Origin: Candidatus Omnitrophota bacterium
Lineage (GTDB): Bacteria > Omnitrophota > Omnitrophia > Omnitrophales > JACROU01
Assembly: GCA_029261035.1 (NCBI GenBank)
Contig: JAJDCD010000025.1
Location: 194,926-258,925 of the forward strand
Direction of reading: 5' to 3'
Length of the DNA stretch: 64,000 nucleotides
The position numbers and the translations under genes are program-made. This document shows, one piece after another, positions 9,823 through 19,430 of this stretch (positions within the stretch are counted from its first letter, which is position 1; each line of letters starts with the position of its first letter). The notes beneath the pieces are model-generated. The model did no database searches, was not told where the DNA came from, and saw only the letters and a list, made by a program, of their open reading frames with translations.

Positions 9823-12800
9823 TTAGAACTCCCCTGTCAAACGAGCGTAAAACCCATTAAATTCATAACCACTATCTGGAGTAATTCCATCATCAAAATT
9901 TGAAAAATCATAACCAATACCTAATCGCATATAATCCATTAATTTACGATCAACCTCAAATAAGAATCCATGCTTACGGTCGTCTGCAGCGCTATCTTGA
10001 TACAACACTCGATACTCAGCAGAAATATCCCACTTACGAGTTACATGAAAATTAACTCTAGAAGCCCAAAGAAAACGATTCACAATAGAATCTTGACCCG
10101 TGTTTAAAGCAAATTTAGAACTTCTCAAAGCAACTTTTTGAACCAATTGGAAATATTTATTTACCTCATAAGCACCTTCAAACGCTACTGTATGAGATTT
10201 TTGCTGAAATGGAATTGCGTTCTGGAAAGCTCTATCAGGACTCTTATCATCTAAATAAGTGTATCGTGAGATAAAATTTAAACGATCAAATTTAATAGGA
10301 CGATAAGCGATTCCAACGTTCAATTCGGTAAAATATGATTCTGTTTGTTGTAGTGATTTACTACGTGTTCTAGAGGTATTCAAACGGCCTTTAAAAGTGA
10401 GGTCATCATTAAATTTAAATGTTGTAGAGTTTTGAAAGGTTATTTGATAACGTTCATTGGATGTAGTATCTTTTCTAAGCTCTGCTTTTGTTGCTGTTTT
10501 TAAACGTTTTCCATCATCATAGGCAACCGTTACAGAACCTGTATTACGTTTATCCGGAATACTCAACTCGTCAATAACACTGCGTTCATAAGTTGCATTA
10601 ACAGCCCATTTATTTGCTAGCTTAATTTCATAACCAAAAACATCTTGTTGATTAATTCCTGTAGAAGCGTAATCCGAATAGCGTTTTTCAGTATAGATAC
10701 GACTACGATCATCTAAAATATGGCTTGTTCCCATAGATGTCAAAAGACTTCTTTGACCATTATGACGATCTACAACAGAAAAGTTATTATAAATTCTAGT
10801 ATTCTCAGACAACTCTCGTTCAACACCAATCAAAACAGAATCCCCAATATTACCAATCATTTGCTCAAACCGAGCCGTGGTTTTATTATCAGGAAGTTTA
10901 ATTTCCGCTCCAACCCCAAACTGATTATTCGAATCTTCTCCACCCAAAGCCCACTGAGCCCGAACATAAGGTTTAAACCAATCATAAACTTGATAGGCTA
11001 CCTTAAGTGCAACTGCATTTTCAAAACGTTCGTTATCCAAAATATCTTCAACAGCTCTAAATGGCGTAGCTACATCAATATCTTGCTTACGATATTCCGC
11101 AATAATATCCCAAGGACCTCTTGCGTAAACAGCCTGCAACATGGTTGTTGTACGTTTCTCAGGATCAAAGAAAATTTGAGGGACAACAGATATTCTAGGA
11201 GCCACAATTTCAGCCTGATCATGTCTGAAACGCGCATGCAAATGATCTGTAATTTTATAACGCACATTCACACCATACTTCAATGTCCCTTGCTGACTCG
11301 CCAAATCTGAAACAGCAAAACCTGGTGTTAATTTCTGGAAATAAGCAGATAATTCTGTTCGTTTTCCAATACGTGTTTGCCCCTTAATTGAATAAGCTTC
11401 ACTTCTCGTTGGAGCACCTGTTTGATTATCTGCAAAGCTCAAACCGCCGTCGAAAGAAACTGCAGCACCGCCAGGGGTATTACTTGTCTCTGCAACTTCA
11501 GCAACAATCTTAGTATTTTCTCCAATACGCAAGGTAGCATCAATTCCTCTAACAATATAATCATCTGCTGTAGACAATGCTGTCTGCCTCACATAAGAAC
11601 CACCAAATTTTAAATTTTCCCCTACATTAGTCCAAGCACGAAGCCCTCTTGAATTAAAATCAAAAATTGCATGTGTTTCATATTCATAATCCGCAATTAA
11701 AATAACTCTATTTCCATTCAAAATATTATTAGAAATAATCGATTGCGAAGATGCCACCGAAAGAAGAGGTTTTGTTAAAATAATTCGGCCTGCCTGGTAA
11801 TCAATTTCATAATCTTGACCTTCAACAAGTTCTGTCTCTGTAATATTAATTCCCTGCACTTTATCCCGAACAACAACCTTTAATTTTTCACTCCCCTCAA
11901 TCACTAAACGATGTCTCAAATAATAAACAGACCCCCCGGTACCCACAAACTCATTATGATCTCCTGCTTGACGAGCACTCGCAGACATCATTGTCACACC
12001 CGCTTTAGCATCACCATATTTCGTCGTTGAAAGGGTTTCGTAATGAGCTTTAACGCCCGACAAAGTCCTGTTATATTGAACCAAATCAGTTTCATCAAAA
12101 TCAGTTTCAAAACTACCGTATTTAAAGAAAGATCTGTCCGCTTCAATCAGTAAATAGAATCGTTCCTGAGAATCCTGTGCACTGTAATCGATCACAGAAC
12201 CATCTCCATAAACAGGATAATAAGAATCTGGGTCTAAATTGGTAAACAGTCGAGAAAGGTTATCGCCCTCAGCACTATCATCCGAATCCATATGAGCTGT
12301 TACCAAGAAACGACCTTTAATCTTCCCTTTTAAATAAAAAGCCACTCTTCCATCTTGGTAGAAAGAGTCTTGAAATTCATCGGAGTCTCCTAAAGTTTCC
12401 GTACTTCCTTCAACTACGTTAAATCCCAATTCTCCTTCAGCAAGACCCACCATAAAAAAGTATCTATCTTTAACATCCACTTCTTTAGAGTAACTTACAG
12501 TAGAACCTTCACGATCGACACTTGCTACTTGAACATTATTAACACCATAAGGCATATACATAAGTTCATTAAAGACCCCTTCGGAGTCCACATTAACCTT
12601 TCGGTCATTAATAACAACATCCCTCTCATCTCCTACAGTTCCTCGAACTTGAACAGGAGCACCATATTTATCAAGGGGAATACTTTGTTTTCCATCTTTC
12701 TGTACGTTAAAGAAGCCCGTGTCACTAAAAGGTTGATCAAAACGCTGACCCTCACCGGTTAATTTATCAATAACTCTAAAGTATTTAAGTACAGTCCAGT

Positions 12801-14484
12801 CAGAAAAATTATCTCGGTCTGAAACAATCATGCGATAAGCATAATCCCCTGGTTCAAGAATTTTTTCATTGTCTCCAATACCCGACCATGGAACTTCTCG
12901 CGGAGGAGAACCTTCTCCATAACCTGTCCAAACCAACTCACCATATTCATTACGAACTTCAATTTTCCAATCAGAAATAAAGCTACCATAGTTTGTATCA
13001 AAATGAAAAACAGGATTTATTTCAAACATCCCCTGTCCTCTCTTTAACTCAAGAGGATTCATGCCAACATTAAGAATAGGATTTGCTTTATCCTGATACT
13101 GAGCCGCATAAACGTTCAACTCATCTTGATATTGTTCAGGAACTTGTCCTTTAGGGAGTTTTACAGCAAAACTAACCTTACTAAGCATCCCAGGAGTCGT
13201 TTTAAAAAGAAAGGTCTCTTCAGTAATAAACTTTGTTCCCTCAGGTAAAGAATGTCCATCTATTTTGATAAGATGCCTATTCGGCTCTAAACCTGGAATG
13301 TTATATTTACCATGATTATCTGTGTAAACAACAAGGCCATCTTCTGTTGCAAGACGAACATTAGGAATACCTTCCTCCCCTTCATCTTGCATCCCATTTT
13401 CATTTTTATCATTAAAAACCTTACCCAACAGAGTTCCTGAATCAAACAAACCATCCGGAATAATACGAATAGGAATTCTTGTAGCAGAACTTAAAATAAT
13501 TGACGTTAACGGGTTTCTTGCGGATATAACAATATCATACACCTCACCAATAGTAACTCCCGAGGTAACGAGAATTTGCATCGAGATAGGTCTAATTTCA
13601 CCTACAGCTAATGCCCCCTGAATTGGAAACGTGTGATTCGGTCCTGATTTTTCTGGAATTACAAGACGGCCATTCAAAAGCGCGGTATTTCTAACAATGT
13701 TTAAACCAAAAGGAATTGTTAAATTAATTTCAGAAGCTGGGATCGCTGCCGCTGTTGTATTTTGAATATTAAAAGAAAGTGTAATTAACTTTCCTGGCCA
13801 AGCTTCAACGTTATTGATACCGGTACTAATACTAATAGGAAAAAGTTTTGGAGCTCCTGTAAAGTTTTGAGTAAAAGCACCTCTAACATTATCAAAAACA
13901 ACGTCTCCAGCACCTAAACCTCCTGCCGCCAAGACTGTTGTTAGTGTAGCACGTGCAAAATTGGTTCCTGCAGGTGCAATCCCCTGTGCTGTAAAAGTAC
14001 CAAAAGCAGCTCCGGTGCTTGCTGTAGTAATTTGAGCGGATTGATAAGCCCCTATTTGAACGCCTCCTGCATTAAAAAACTCAAGACGAACAATGGCAAA
14101 ACCATCCCCCGCACCACCGGCTAAGTTCGGTGTTCTAGCATCCACCGAACAGCTAATATGATCTCCTGCTGTAACCCCTGTAATATTCTGAAAAATACCT
14201 GCCGTGTTTCCACCAAAAGCATTTACTTGAACAGAAGCGATTCCTTGAGTTAAGAATGGGGCTCCTATCGGACCTGGAGCTACAGTCACACGGTTGGCAA
14301 TCGTACCACCACCCGTACTAAATGAAGTCCAATCATTAGCGGTCGTCGCACCCCCAGCTCCAGCAGTTTCAAAGCCGGCATTGGTGACAACATTCGCCCA
14401 TGCACTTGGTGCTGCAAAAGCAAATAGCCCAAAAACGACAAGCCCTAACAAAATGTGATTTAACTTAAAGTTTTTATTCATCAT
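9823..14484 (-). CDS. Large multidomain outer-membrane/surface protein (CBM-like, DUF11-like, SdrD-B-like, Ig-like domains, C-terminal beta-barrel)
   Basis: Sec signal (AWA-N); N-terminal NVVTNAGFE galactose-binding-like start; GKVFNDKNENGMQDEGEEGIPNV Ca-binding SdrD-B-like motif; long amphipathic beta region ending YARLTGEF. Confidence 0.75.
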   Translation of the reverse strand: MMNKNFKLNHILLGLVVFGLFAFAAPSAWANVVTNAGFETAGAGGATTANDWTSFSTGGGTIANRVTVAPGPIGAPFLTQGIASVQVNAFGGNTAGIFQNITGVTAGDHISCSVDARTPNLAGGAGDGFAIVRLEFFNAGGVQIGAYQSAQITTASTGAAFGTFTAQGIAPAGTNFARATLTTVLAAGGLGAGDVVFDNVRGAFTQNFTGAPKLFPISISTGINNVEAWPGKLITLSFNIQNTTAAAIPASEINLTIPFGLNIVRNTALLNGRLVIPEKSGPNHTFPIQGALAVGEIRPISMQILVTSGVTIGEVYDIVISARNPLTSIILSSATRIPIRIIPDGLFDSGTLLGKVFNDKNENGMQDEGEEGIPNVRLATEDGLVVYTDNHGKYNIPGLEPNRHLIKIDGHSLPEGTKFITEETFLFKTTPGMLSKVSFAVKLPKGQVPEQYQDELNVYAAQYQDKANPILNVGMNPLELKRGQGMFEINPVFHFDTNYGSFISDWKIEVRNEYGELVWTGYGEGSPPREVPWSGIGDNEKILEPGDYAYRMIVSDRDNFSDWTVLKYFRVIDKLTGEGQRFDQPFSDTGFFNVQKDGKQSIPLDKYGAPVQVRGTVGDERDVVINDRKVNVDSEGVFNELMYMPYGVNNVQVASVDREGSTVSYSKEVDVKDRYFFMVGLAEGELGFNVVEGSTETLGDSDEFQDSFYQDGRVAFYLKGKIKGRFLVTAHMDSDDSAEGDNLSRLFTNLDPDSYYPVYGDGSVIDYSAQDSQERFYLLIEADRSFFKYGSFETDFDETDLVQYNRTLSGVKAHYETLSTTKYGDAKAGVTMMSASARQAGDHNEFVGTGGSVYYLRHRLVIEGSEKLKVVVRDKVQGINITETELVEGQDYEIDYQAGRIILTKPLLSVASSQSIISNNILNGNRVILIADYEYETHAIFDFNSRGLRAWTNVGENLKFGGSYVRQTALSTADDYIVRGIDATLRIGENTKIVAEVAETSNTPGGAAVSFDGGLSFADNQTGAPTRSEAYSIKGQTRIGKRTELSAYFQKLTPGFAVSDLASQQGTLKYGVNVRYKITDHLHARFRHDQAEIVAPRISVVPQIFFDPEKRTTTMLQAVYARGPWDIIAEYRKQDIDVATPFRAVEDILDNERFENAVALKVAYQVYDWFKPYVRAQWALGGEDSNNQFGVGAEIKLPDNKTTARFEQMIGNIGDSVLIGVERELSENTRIYNNFSVVDRHNGQRSLLTSMGTSHILDDRSRIYTEKRYSDYASTGINQQDVFGYEIKLANKWAVNATYERSVIDELSIPDKRNTGSVTVAYDDGKRLKTATKAELRKDTTSNERYQITFQNSTTFKFNDDLTFKGRLNTSRTRSKSLQQTESYFTELNVGIAYRPIKFDRLNFISRYTYLDDKSPDRAFQNAIPFQQKSHTVAFEGAYEVNKYFQLVQKVALRSSKFALNTGQDSIVNRFLWASRVNFHVTRKWDISAEYRVLYQDSAADDRKHGFLFEVDRKLMDYMRLGIGYDFSNFDDGITPDSGYEFNGFYARLTGEF

Positions 14485-14506
14485 CTATCTATGTGTGTGT
14501 AAAACG

Positions 14507-16090
14507 TTAAAAACGGTTGAGAGAAACGTTAATGCCTAAACGGTAATCCCTATCGGGAACACTGCTTGGAGGATTTCTCTTACTATATTGAGTTGATCCA
14601 ACACCTTCATATTCAAAAAATAATTTTGTTTTAAATAACCATTGAGAATTTAAAAATCGATAAGATCTAAAAGGCATCAAACGAACACCTGCGCCAACAA
14701 AATAACGGTTTTGAAAAAAGAATCCCGTTCCTGTTGTATTGACATGCTCAAAAAGAAAATAAGGCATCACTACTAACTCATCATTAATAGGATTCTCAGG
14801 CAAAGGAATTCGAGGCCATTTAATACCCATACGAACAGCTGAGTTTAAAACATAAGAATCAAAATCGTCTGTCGAGCCCAAACCTGTTTTAGAGAAGTAA
14901 TAATTTCCAAACCATTCTCCCCATAGAAAACTATCATCATCCCCTTCTTTAGGAAGATCAATACCCCACTCTTTAAAGTAGTCAATACCCACTTGAAGAT
15001 CATGGTCTCTATCGCCAAAGCTAATGTCTTTAATAGGGTCTCGGCGAGTATAAGTCAAATACATACGAATGTTCTTGGCCCATTCGGTCCAAGGAGACTT
15101 TTCTAAGGCTTTATTTAACCTAAAAGGACGATATTCCAAACCACCCGTCCAGTCAATGCTGTTACTAAATGCTCGAGAATTTGTTTCAAAACGAATAATA
15201 CCTTCTACGTATGGATCAATGCTTGATCCAAAAAATTTCAAACCTCTAAAAACAACTCGATTTGAATTAAACCCGGTAACGGCATTAAAACTACGATTAT
15301 CTAAATTAGTATTACGAAAAGTAGCTTCACCGACAGCTTGATATAAAAACCATTCATCTTCGGGATACTTGCCGTAGAATTTATTAAGTTCCAATCCATC
15401 AATAACATCAAAGAAAAATTCTTCTTCATTTTGAAAGTTAGGTTTCTCTCCCAAACCAACTTCTTCTTTGGCCGCTACTTTCTCAGCACCTGTAAAACTC
15501 TGAGAATAATTTTCTGCAACTTCAACGCTATCATCAAAATTTAAATTCTTAGCATCTAATATTTTTTTAATTTTTAAAACAGCTCCCTGAGCTTGTTCTA
15601 AATTTGAGAAAGCCTTTTGGCCAACCCAATACATTTGGTAGTCACTTCCATCTTTCTTTTTTAAGGTCACTTCTAAAATAGACGCGCCTTTATAATCGAT
15701 GCGTTTAGAATTAGACTCAAAATAATCTCGAGCTTCATCAACCGTTTGTACATCTTTTAAAATTCTAGTTTCTAAAATGGATTGATCAAAACCTGTAACA
15801 ACAGAAAAGAAAGAATTCCAATCGTCAACCTCTTGCTTGGTTAAAATAAAACTCAAACAATCATAAGTCGCATATTTCAAGCGCGTCTCATGAGGCATAT
15901 AAAACTGATCTTTAAATTGAGAAATGGAGGAGTCTTGATTAGAAGAATTTGTTTGGGCTAAAACAGAAGGCACACTGATCAGCTGAGCAGCAATAAAAAT
16001 AAACAGAAAGCTACTGAATAAAAAATGTTTCAAAACAGAGTAGTTGTATTTTAAATTTGAAGTAATTTTGGGGTGAATATCCATACTCAC
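14507..16090 (-). CDS. Putative outer-membrane beta-barrel protein
   Basis: Signal peptide (VLA-Q); aromatic-rich alternating strands in the C-terminal half; ends YRLGINVSLNRF (BAM-type terminal Phe). Confidence 0.65.
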   Translation of the reverse strand: MSMDIHPKITSNLKYNYSVLKHFLFSSFLFIFIAAQLISVPSVLAQTNSSNQDSSISQFKDQFYMPHETRLKYATYDCLSFILTKQEVDDWNSFFSVVTGFDQSILETRILKDVQTVDEARDYFESNSKRIDYKGASILEVTLKKKDGSDYQMYWVGQKAFSNLEQAQGAVLKIKKILDAKNLNFDDSVEVAENYSQSFTGAEKVAAKEEVGLGEKPNFQNEEEFFFDVIDGLELNKFYGKYPEDEWFLYQAVGEATFRNTNLDNRSFNAVTGFNSNRVVFRGLKFFGSSIDPYVEGIIRFETNSRAFSNSIDWTGGLEYRPFRLNKALEKSPWTEWAKNIRMYLTYTRRDPIKDISFGDRDHDLQVGIDYFKEWGIDLPKEGDDDSFLWGEWFGNYYFSKTGLGSTDDFDSYVLNSAVRMGIKWPRIPLPENPINDELVVMPYFLFEHVNTTGTGFFFQNRYFVGAGVRLMPFRSYRFLNSQWLFKTKLFFEYEGVGSTQYSKRNPPSSVPDRDYRLGINVSLNRF

Positions 16091-16257
16091 CGGGTATCCC
16101 TAAATGGGTTTTGCAAACACTATTAATGAATATTTAACTGCACATAATTGCGGTTATTTTAACCTAATCGTTATTTTTTGGCTATGAACAAGATTTAATA
16201 AAAGCATAAACTATTATAAATAAAGGACTTAGGATTTTGTGAAAATTTGACTTTTTC

Positions 16258-17079
16258 CTATTTCAGCCCTAAAACGTCCTTCATCGTATAAAAGCCCGAT
16301 TTTTTCGAAGACAAAAACTGAGCGGCTCTCAAAGCACCCGAAGCAAAAGAATCTCGACTTGAAGCTCGGTGTGAAATTTCAATCGTTTCTCCCTGCGTTA
16401 AAAAACGAACGGTATGTTCCCCTACAATGTCTCCACCCCGAAGCGCATGAACACCAATACTTCCTTTTTTGCGTTCACCTGTAAAACCTTTTCTACCATA
16501 AACTCCCATTTCATCCAGATCCACTTCTCTGCCCGCAGCAACACGTTTTGCTAATTCCAAAGCAGTGCCACTGGGTGCGTCATTTTTAAAACGATGATGC
16601 GTCTCGATAATCTCAACATCATATTCTTCATCCAATAATTTCCCTAACAATTCAGAAAGTTGAAATACAATATTTACACCCACACTCATATTCGGAGCCA
16701 AAACCACAGGAGTTTTTTTAGAAAGAGTTTGAACTTCTTCTAATTGAGCTTTTGAAAATCCTGTTGTTCCAATAACAATTCCTTTTTTAAATCCAGCTAA
16801 CTCTCGAATATGTTCCATAGTGACATCGGGATGAGTGAAATCAATAACAACTTCTGCATTCCCTATTTGTTCAGAAAGAGAATCTGAAACCTGTACCCCA
16901 TTCGCACTAATACCTGAAATCAGGTTAGGTAACTGAACTCCAATTTGAGGATGCCCTTTTGCTTCAACGGCGCCTACGATATCATACGGGCCTTGATCTG
17001 CTAGCTCAAGAATTCTCATACCCATTCTTCCGCAAGCTCCCGCAACGATAATTTTTGTATTTGAATTTTTTTGACTCAT
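16258..17079 (-). CDS. dapB: 4-hydroxy-tetrahydrodipicolinate reductase
   Basis: GACGRMG, IDFT, GTTG, ETHHRFKNDAPSGTA. Confidence 0.97.
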   Translation of the reverse strand: MSQKNSNTKIIVAGACGRMGMRILELADQGPYDIVGAVEAKGHPQIGVQLPNLISGISANGVQVSDSLSEQIGNAEVVIDFTHPDVTMEHIRELAGFKKGIVIGTTGFSKAQLEEVQTLSKKTPVVLAPNMSVGVNIVFQLSELLGKLLDEEYDVEIIETHHRFKNDAPSGTALELAKRVAAGREVDLDEMGVYGRKGFTGERKKGSIGVHALRGGDIVGEHTVRFLTQGETIEISHRASSRDSFASGALRAAQFLSSKKSGFYTMKDVLGLK

Positions 17080-17091
17080 AACACCATTCCT

Positions 17092-17982
17092 TTACGCTTT
17101 GGCTTTTTTCTTTCGTTTGATCAGACCATGCTTTGTTAACATACTTTTCAACTTTGCCTTATTTGCTTTTTCCATCGTACATAATGGCAATCGAAACTCT
17201 TCTCTAACCATTCCCATTAAAGACAAAGCCGTCTTCACAGGGATTGGGTTCGTCTCTATAAATAAAGATTGAGCCAAGTCATAGATCTGATAATGAATCT
17301 GTTGAGCATCTTCAATATCACCATTCAAGTAAGAATGCACCAATCGAGACATTAAATTAGGAATAATATTAGCCACCACCGAGATCACCCCTCTAGCACC
17401 TACAGAAAGAAGAGGTAAGGTCAACGCATCATCCCCTGAAATAACGGTAATGTCAGAAGATTGTATAATTTCTGTCGCTTGATTCAAACTCCCACTAGCC
17501 TCTTTAATGGCAACTACATTAGGAATTTTAGCCAGTTGAGTCACTGTCTTAACATCCATAGAAACACCCGTACGGCTTGGCACATTATATAAAACAAAAG
17601 GAATATCTACTTTTTTAGCCAAAAACTCAAAATGTTTATACAAACCTATTTGAGTGGGCTTATTATAATAAGGAGTAACCACAAGCACACCATCTGCCTT
17701 AATCTTCTTAGCATGCTTCACAAGCAGCACTGCTTCAGCCGTGTTATTAGACCCCGCCCCACAAATAACAGGAACTTGTTTATTAACAACCTCTGTTACA
17801 TAACTCAGAACATCGCAATGCTCTTTATGAGACATAGTGGCAGCCTCACCCGTCGTACCACAAGGCACAATTACATCCGTTCCATTTTCTAAATGGAACT
17901 CCACTAACCTCTTCAAACCCGGAAAATCAATCTTTCCATTCTTAAGTGGTGTAACCAAAGCCACCATCGATCCCTGGAACAT
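17092..17982 (-). CDS. dapA: 4-hydroxy-tetrahydrodipicolinate synthase
   Basis: GTTGE, TPYYNKP, LYNVPSRTG, IKEASG, ETNPIPVK. Confidence 0.97.
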   Translation of the reverse strand: MFQGSMVALVTPLKNGKIDFPGLKRLVEFHLENGTDVIVPCGTTGEAATMSHKEHCDVLSYVTEVVNKQVPVICGAGSNNTAEAVLLVKHAKKIKADGVLVVTPYYNKPTQIGLYKHFEFLAKKVDIPFVLYNVPSRTGVSMDVKTVTQLAKIPNVVAIKEASGSLNQATEIIQSSDITVISGDDALTLPLLSVGARGVISVVANIIPNLMSRLVHSYLNGDIEDAQQIHYQIYDLAQSLFIETNPIPVKTALSLMGMVREEFRLPLCTMEKANKAKLKSMLTKHGLIKRKKKAKA

Positions 17983-18000
17983 AAATGTCTCCTTTGTTTA

Positions 18001-18066
18001 TAGCTATCGGCCATCAGCTTTTAGCTTCTTCCGCCTGATGCGGATCTGCCAAGCTTTACGGCAGAT
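18001..18066. repeat. Four imperfect heptamers plus two short GC palindromes
   Basis: TAGCTAT CGGCCAT CAGCTTT TAGCTTC, then TCCGC-CTGAT-GCGGA and ATCTGCC-N9-GGCAGAT. Confidence 0.6.
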
Positions 18067-18148
18067 AATAAATCCTAAACCAACTCTTATAAACAGCAAA
18101 CGCCTTTATCCCTAACACTAAATTAACAGTGCAAATAACAACCACGTA

Positions 18149-18339
18149 TCTCGTTATTAATACATAACGAGACAACATTATACCTAGGAAACAAGAGCCC
18201 TCGATGGCGCTCTTGTTTCCAACACCTTCACACACTCCCAAAGCGAATAATAGAAGAGGTTAGGTAGCGTTCCACGCCGCGAGTTGCGCAGCCCTAAAGG
18301 GCGAGCATGTCTGAGCGCCGGGGAACGCTACTCAACCTC
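18149..18339 (-). repeat. Three-hairpin structured repeat, copy 1 (dapF-dapA spacer)
   Basis: Hairpins 18149-18172, 18187-18220 (CTCGATG loop) and 18256-18339 with core CGCCGCGAGTT / TGTCTGAGCGCCGG shared with copies 2 and 3. Confidence 0.85.
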
Positions 18340-18352
18340 CAACACATCTCAA

Positions 18353-19174
18353 CTAAGTAACAATCAACTCCCCACGAAAAGAGATATGAGCTTCTCCTTC
18401 CATAAAAACTTCTTTAACATCATCCCCTTCAAGCTCAAAACAAATCTTCAAAACTTCTCCACCCGTAGTAAATACATTCACGGGAGACTTTACTTTATTT
18501 TGAAGCGCTGAAATAAGCGCACTTGCCGTAGATCCAGTACCACAAGCAAACGTTTCAGACTCAACACCTCTCTCGTAAGTTCTAACAGAAATATCATGAG
18601 GGCCTGTTACTTCAACAAAATTAACATTCACACCTAAAGGACTAAACTTCTCGTGAAAACGAATCGCTCCACCAATTTCATTTACAGGAAAGTCTGAAAG
18701 ACTCTCTGGAAAATGAATCACATGAGGAACTCCCGTATTAATAAAGGATAATTCTTTTTTATTTCCATCGACATCCAGTTCAAATGCCGCTTTATAATCT
18801 ATAGGTTTCGTTAGCTGAACTTTAATTTTCTTTTCCGAAATCACCGCAGAAATAATACCTGCTCCTGTTTCAATTCTCATTTTATCTGGAAACTTTAAAA
18901 GCTCATGGGCAAACAAAGCAATACAACGAGAACCATTCCCACACATATCCGCTTCAGATCCATCCGCATTAATAATTCTCATTTTAAAATCTGCATCATC
19001 TGATTTCTCTACCAACAACACGCCATCCGCTCCAACACCGAACTGACGTACACACACATGTTGAGCAAATTCATTCACATCGGTTATAAAGCTCTCTCTG
19101 TGGTCAATGACAACAAAATCATTACCCGATGCTTGCATTTTATAAAAAGTAATTGTATTCATAATCTTATCCAA
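18353..19174 (-). CDS. dapF: Diaminopimelate epimerase
   Basis: KMQASGNDF, GADG, NADGSEADMCGNGSRC, TGVPH, RTYERGVESETFACGTG. Confidence 0.97.
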   Translation of the reverse strand: MDKIMNTITFYKMQASGNDFVVIDHRESFITDVNEFAQHVCVRQFGVGADGVLLVEKSDDADFKMRIINADGSEADMCGNGSRCIALFAHELLKFPDKMRIETGAGIISAVISEKKIKVQLTKPIDYKAAFELDVDGNKKELSFINTGVPHVIHFPESLSDFPVNEIGGAIRFHEKFSPLGVNVNFVEVTGPHDISVRTYERGVESETFACGTGSTASALISALQNKVKSPVNVFTTGGEVLKICFELEGDDVKEVFMEGEAHISFRGELIVT

Positions 19175-19220
19175 TCTGTAGCTATAAGCTCTCAGCTAAT
19201 ACCCCTTAGCTAAATCAACG

Positions 19221-19403
19221 ATCATCACACATGTGATGATGCTGTTACTTCACAAAACAAACGTGCTCGACGTGCTTTTGTTTTGACCCTCTATCACCAC
19301 CCAAAAACAAATTCCAAAAAGGCCAGAGAAAATTCCCCGCCGCGAGTTCACAAAAGCGACTTCACTTTTGTGCTGTCTGAGCGCCGGAGAACTTTCTCTG
19401 GCC
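19221..19403 (-). repeat. Three-hairpin structured repeat, copy 2 (lysA-dapF spacer)
   Basis: Hairpins 19221-19240, 19253-19285 (CTCGACG loop) and 19321-19403 with the same invariant core. Confidence 0.88.
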
Positions 19404-19430
19404 ACCCAACTCATATTTACCCCAACATCC

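Noticed and set aside
10720-11310. 196-aa plus-strand ORF and the other short antisense or nested ORFs in the track
   Set aside because: They overlap well-supported genes and show no recognisable motifs
18056-18241. 61-aa ORF in the dapF-dapA spacer as possible cargo of the repeat
   Set aside because: TTG start, no recognisable motif, and no equivalent ORF in the other two copies
18258-18337. GTTAGGT...ACTCAAC look like integron attC core sites
   Set aside because: Order is opposite to attC (RYYYAAC...GTTRRRY), the motifs are absent from copies 2 and 3, the genes are housekeeping and there is no integrase
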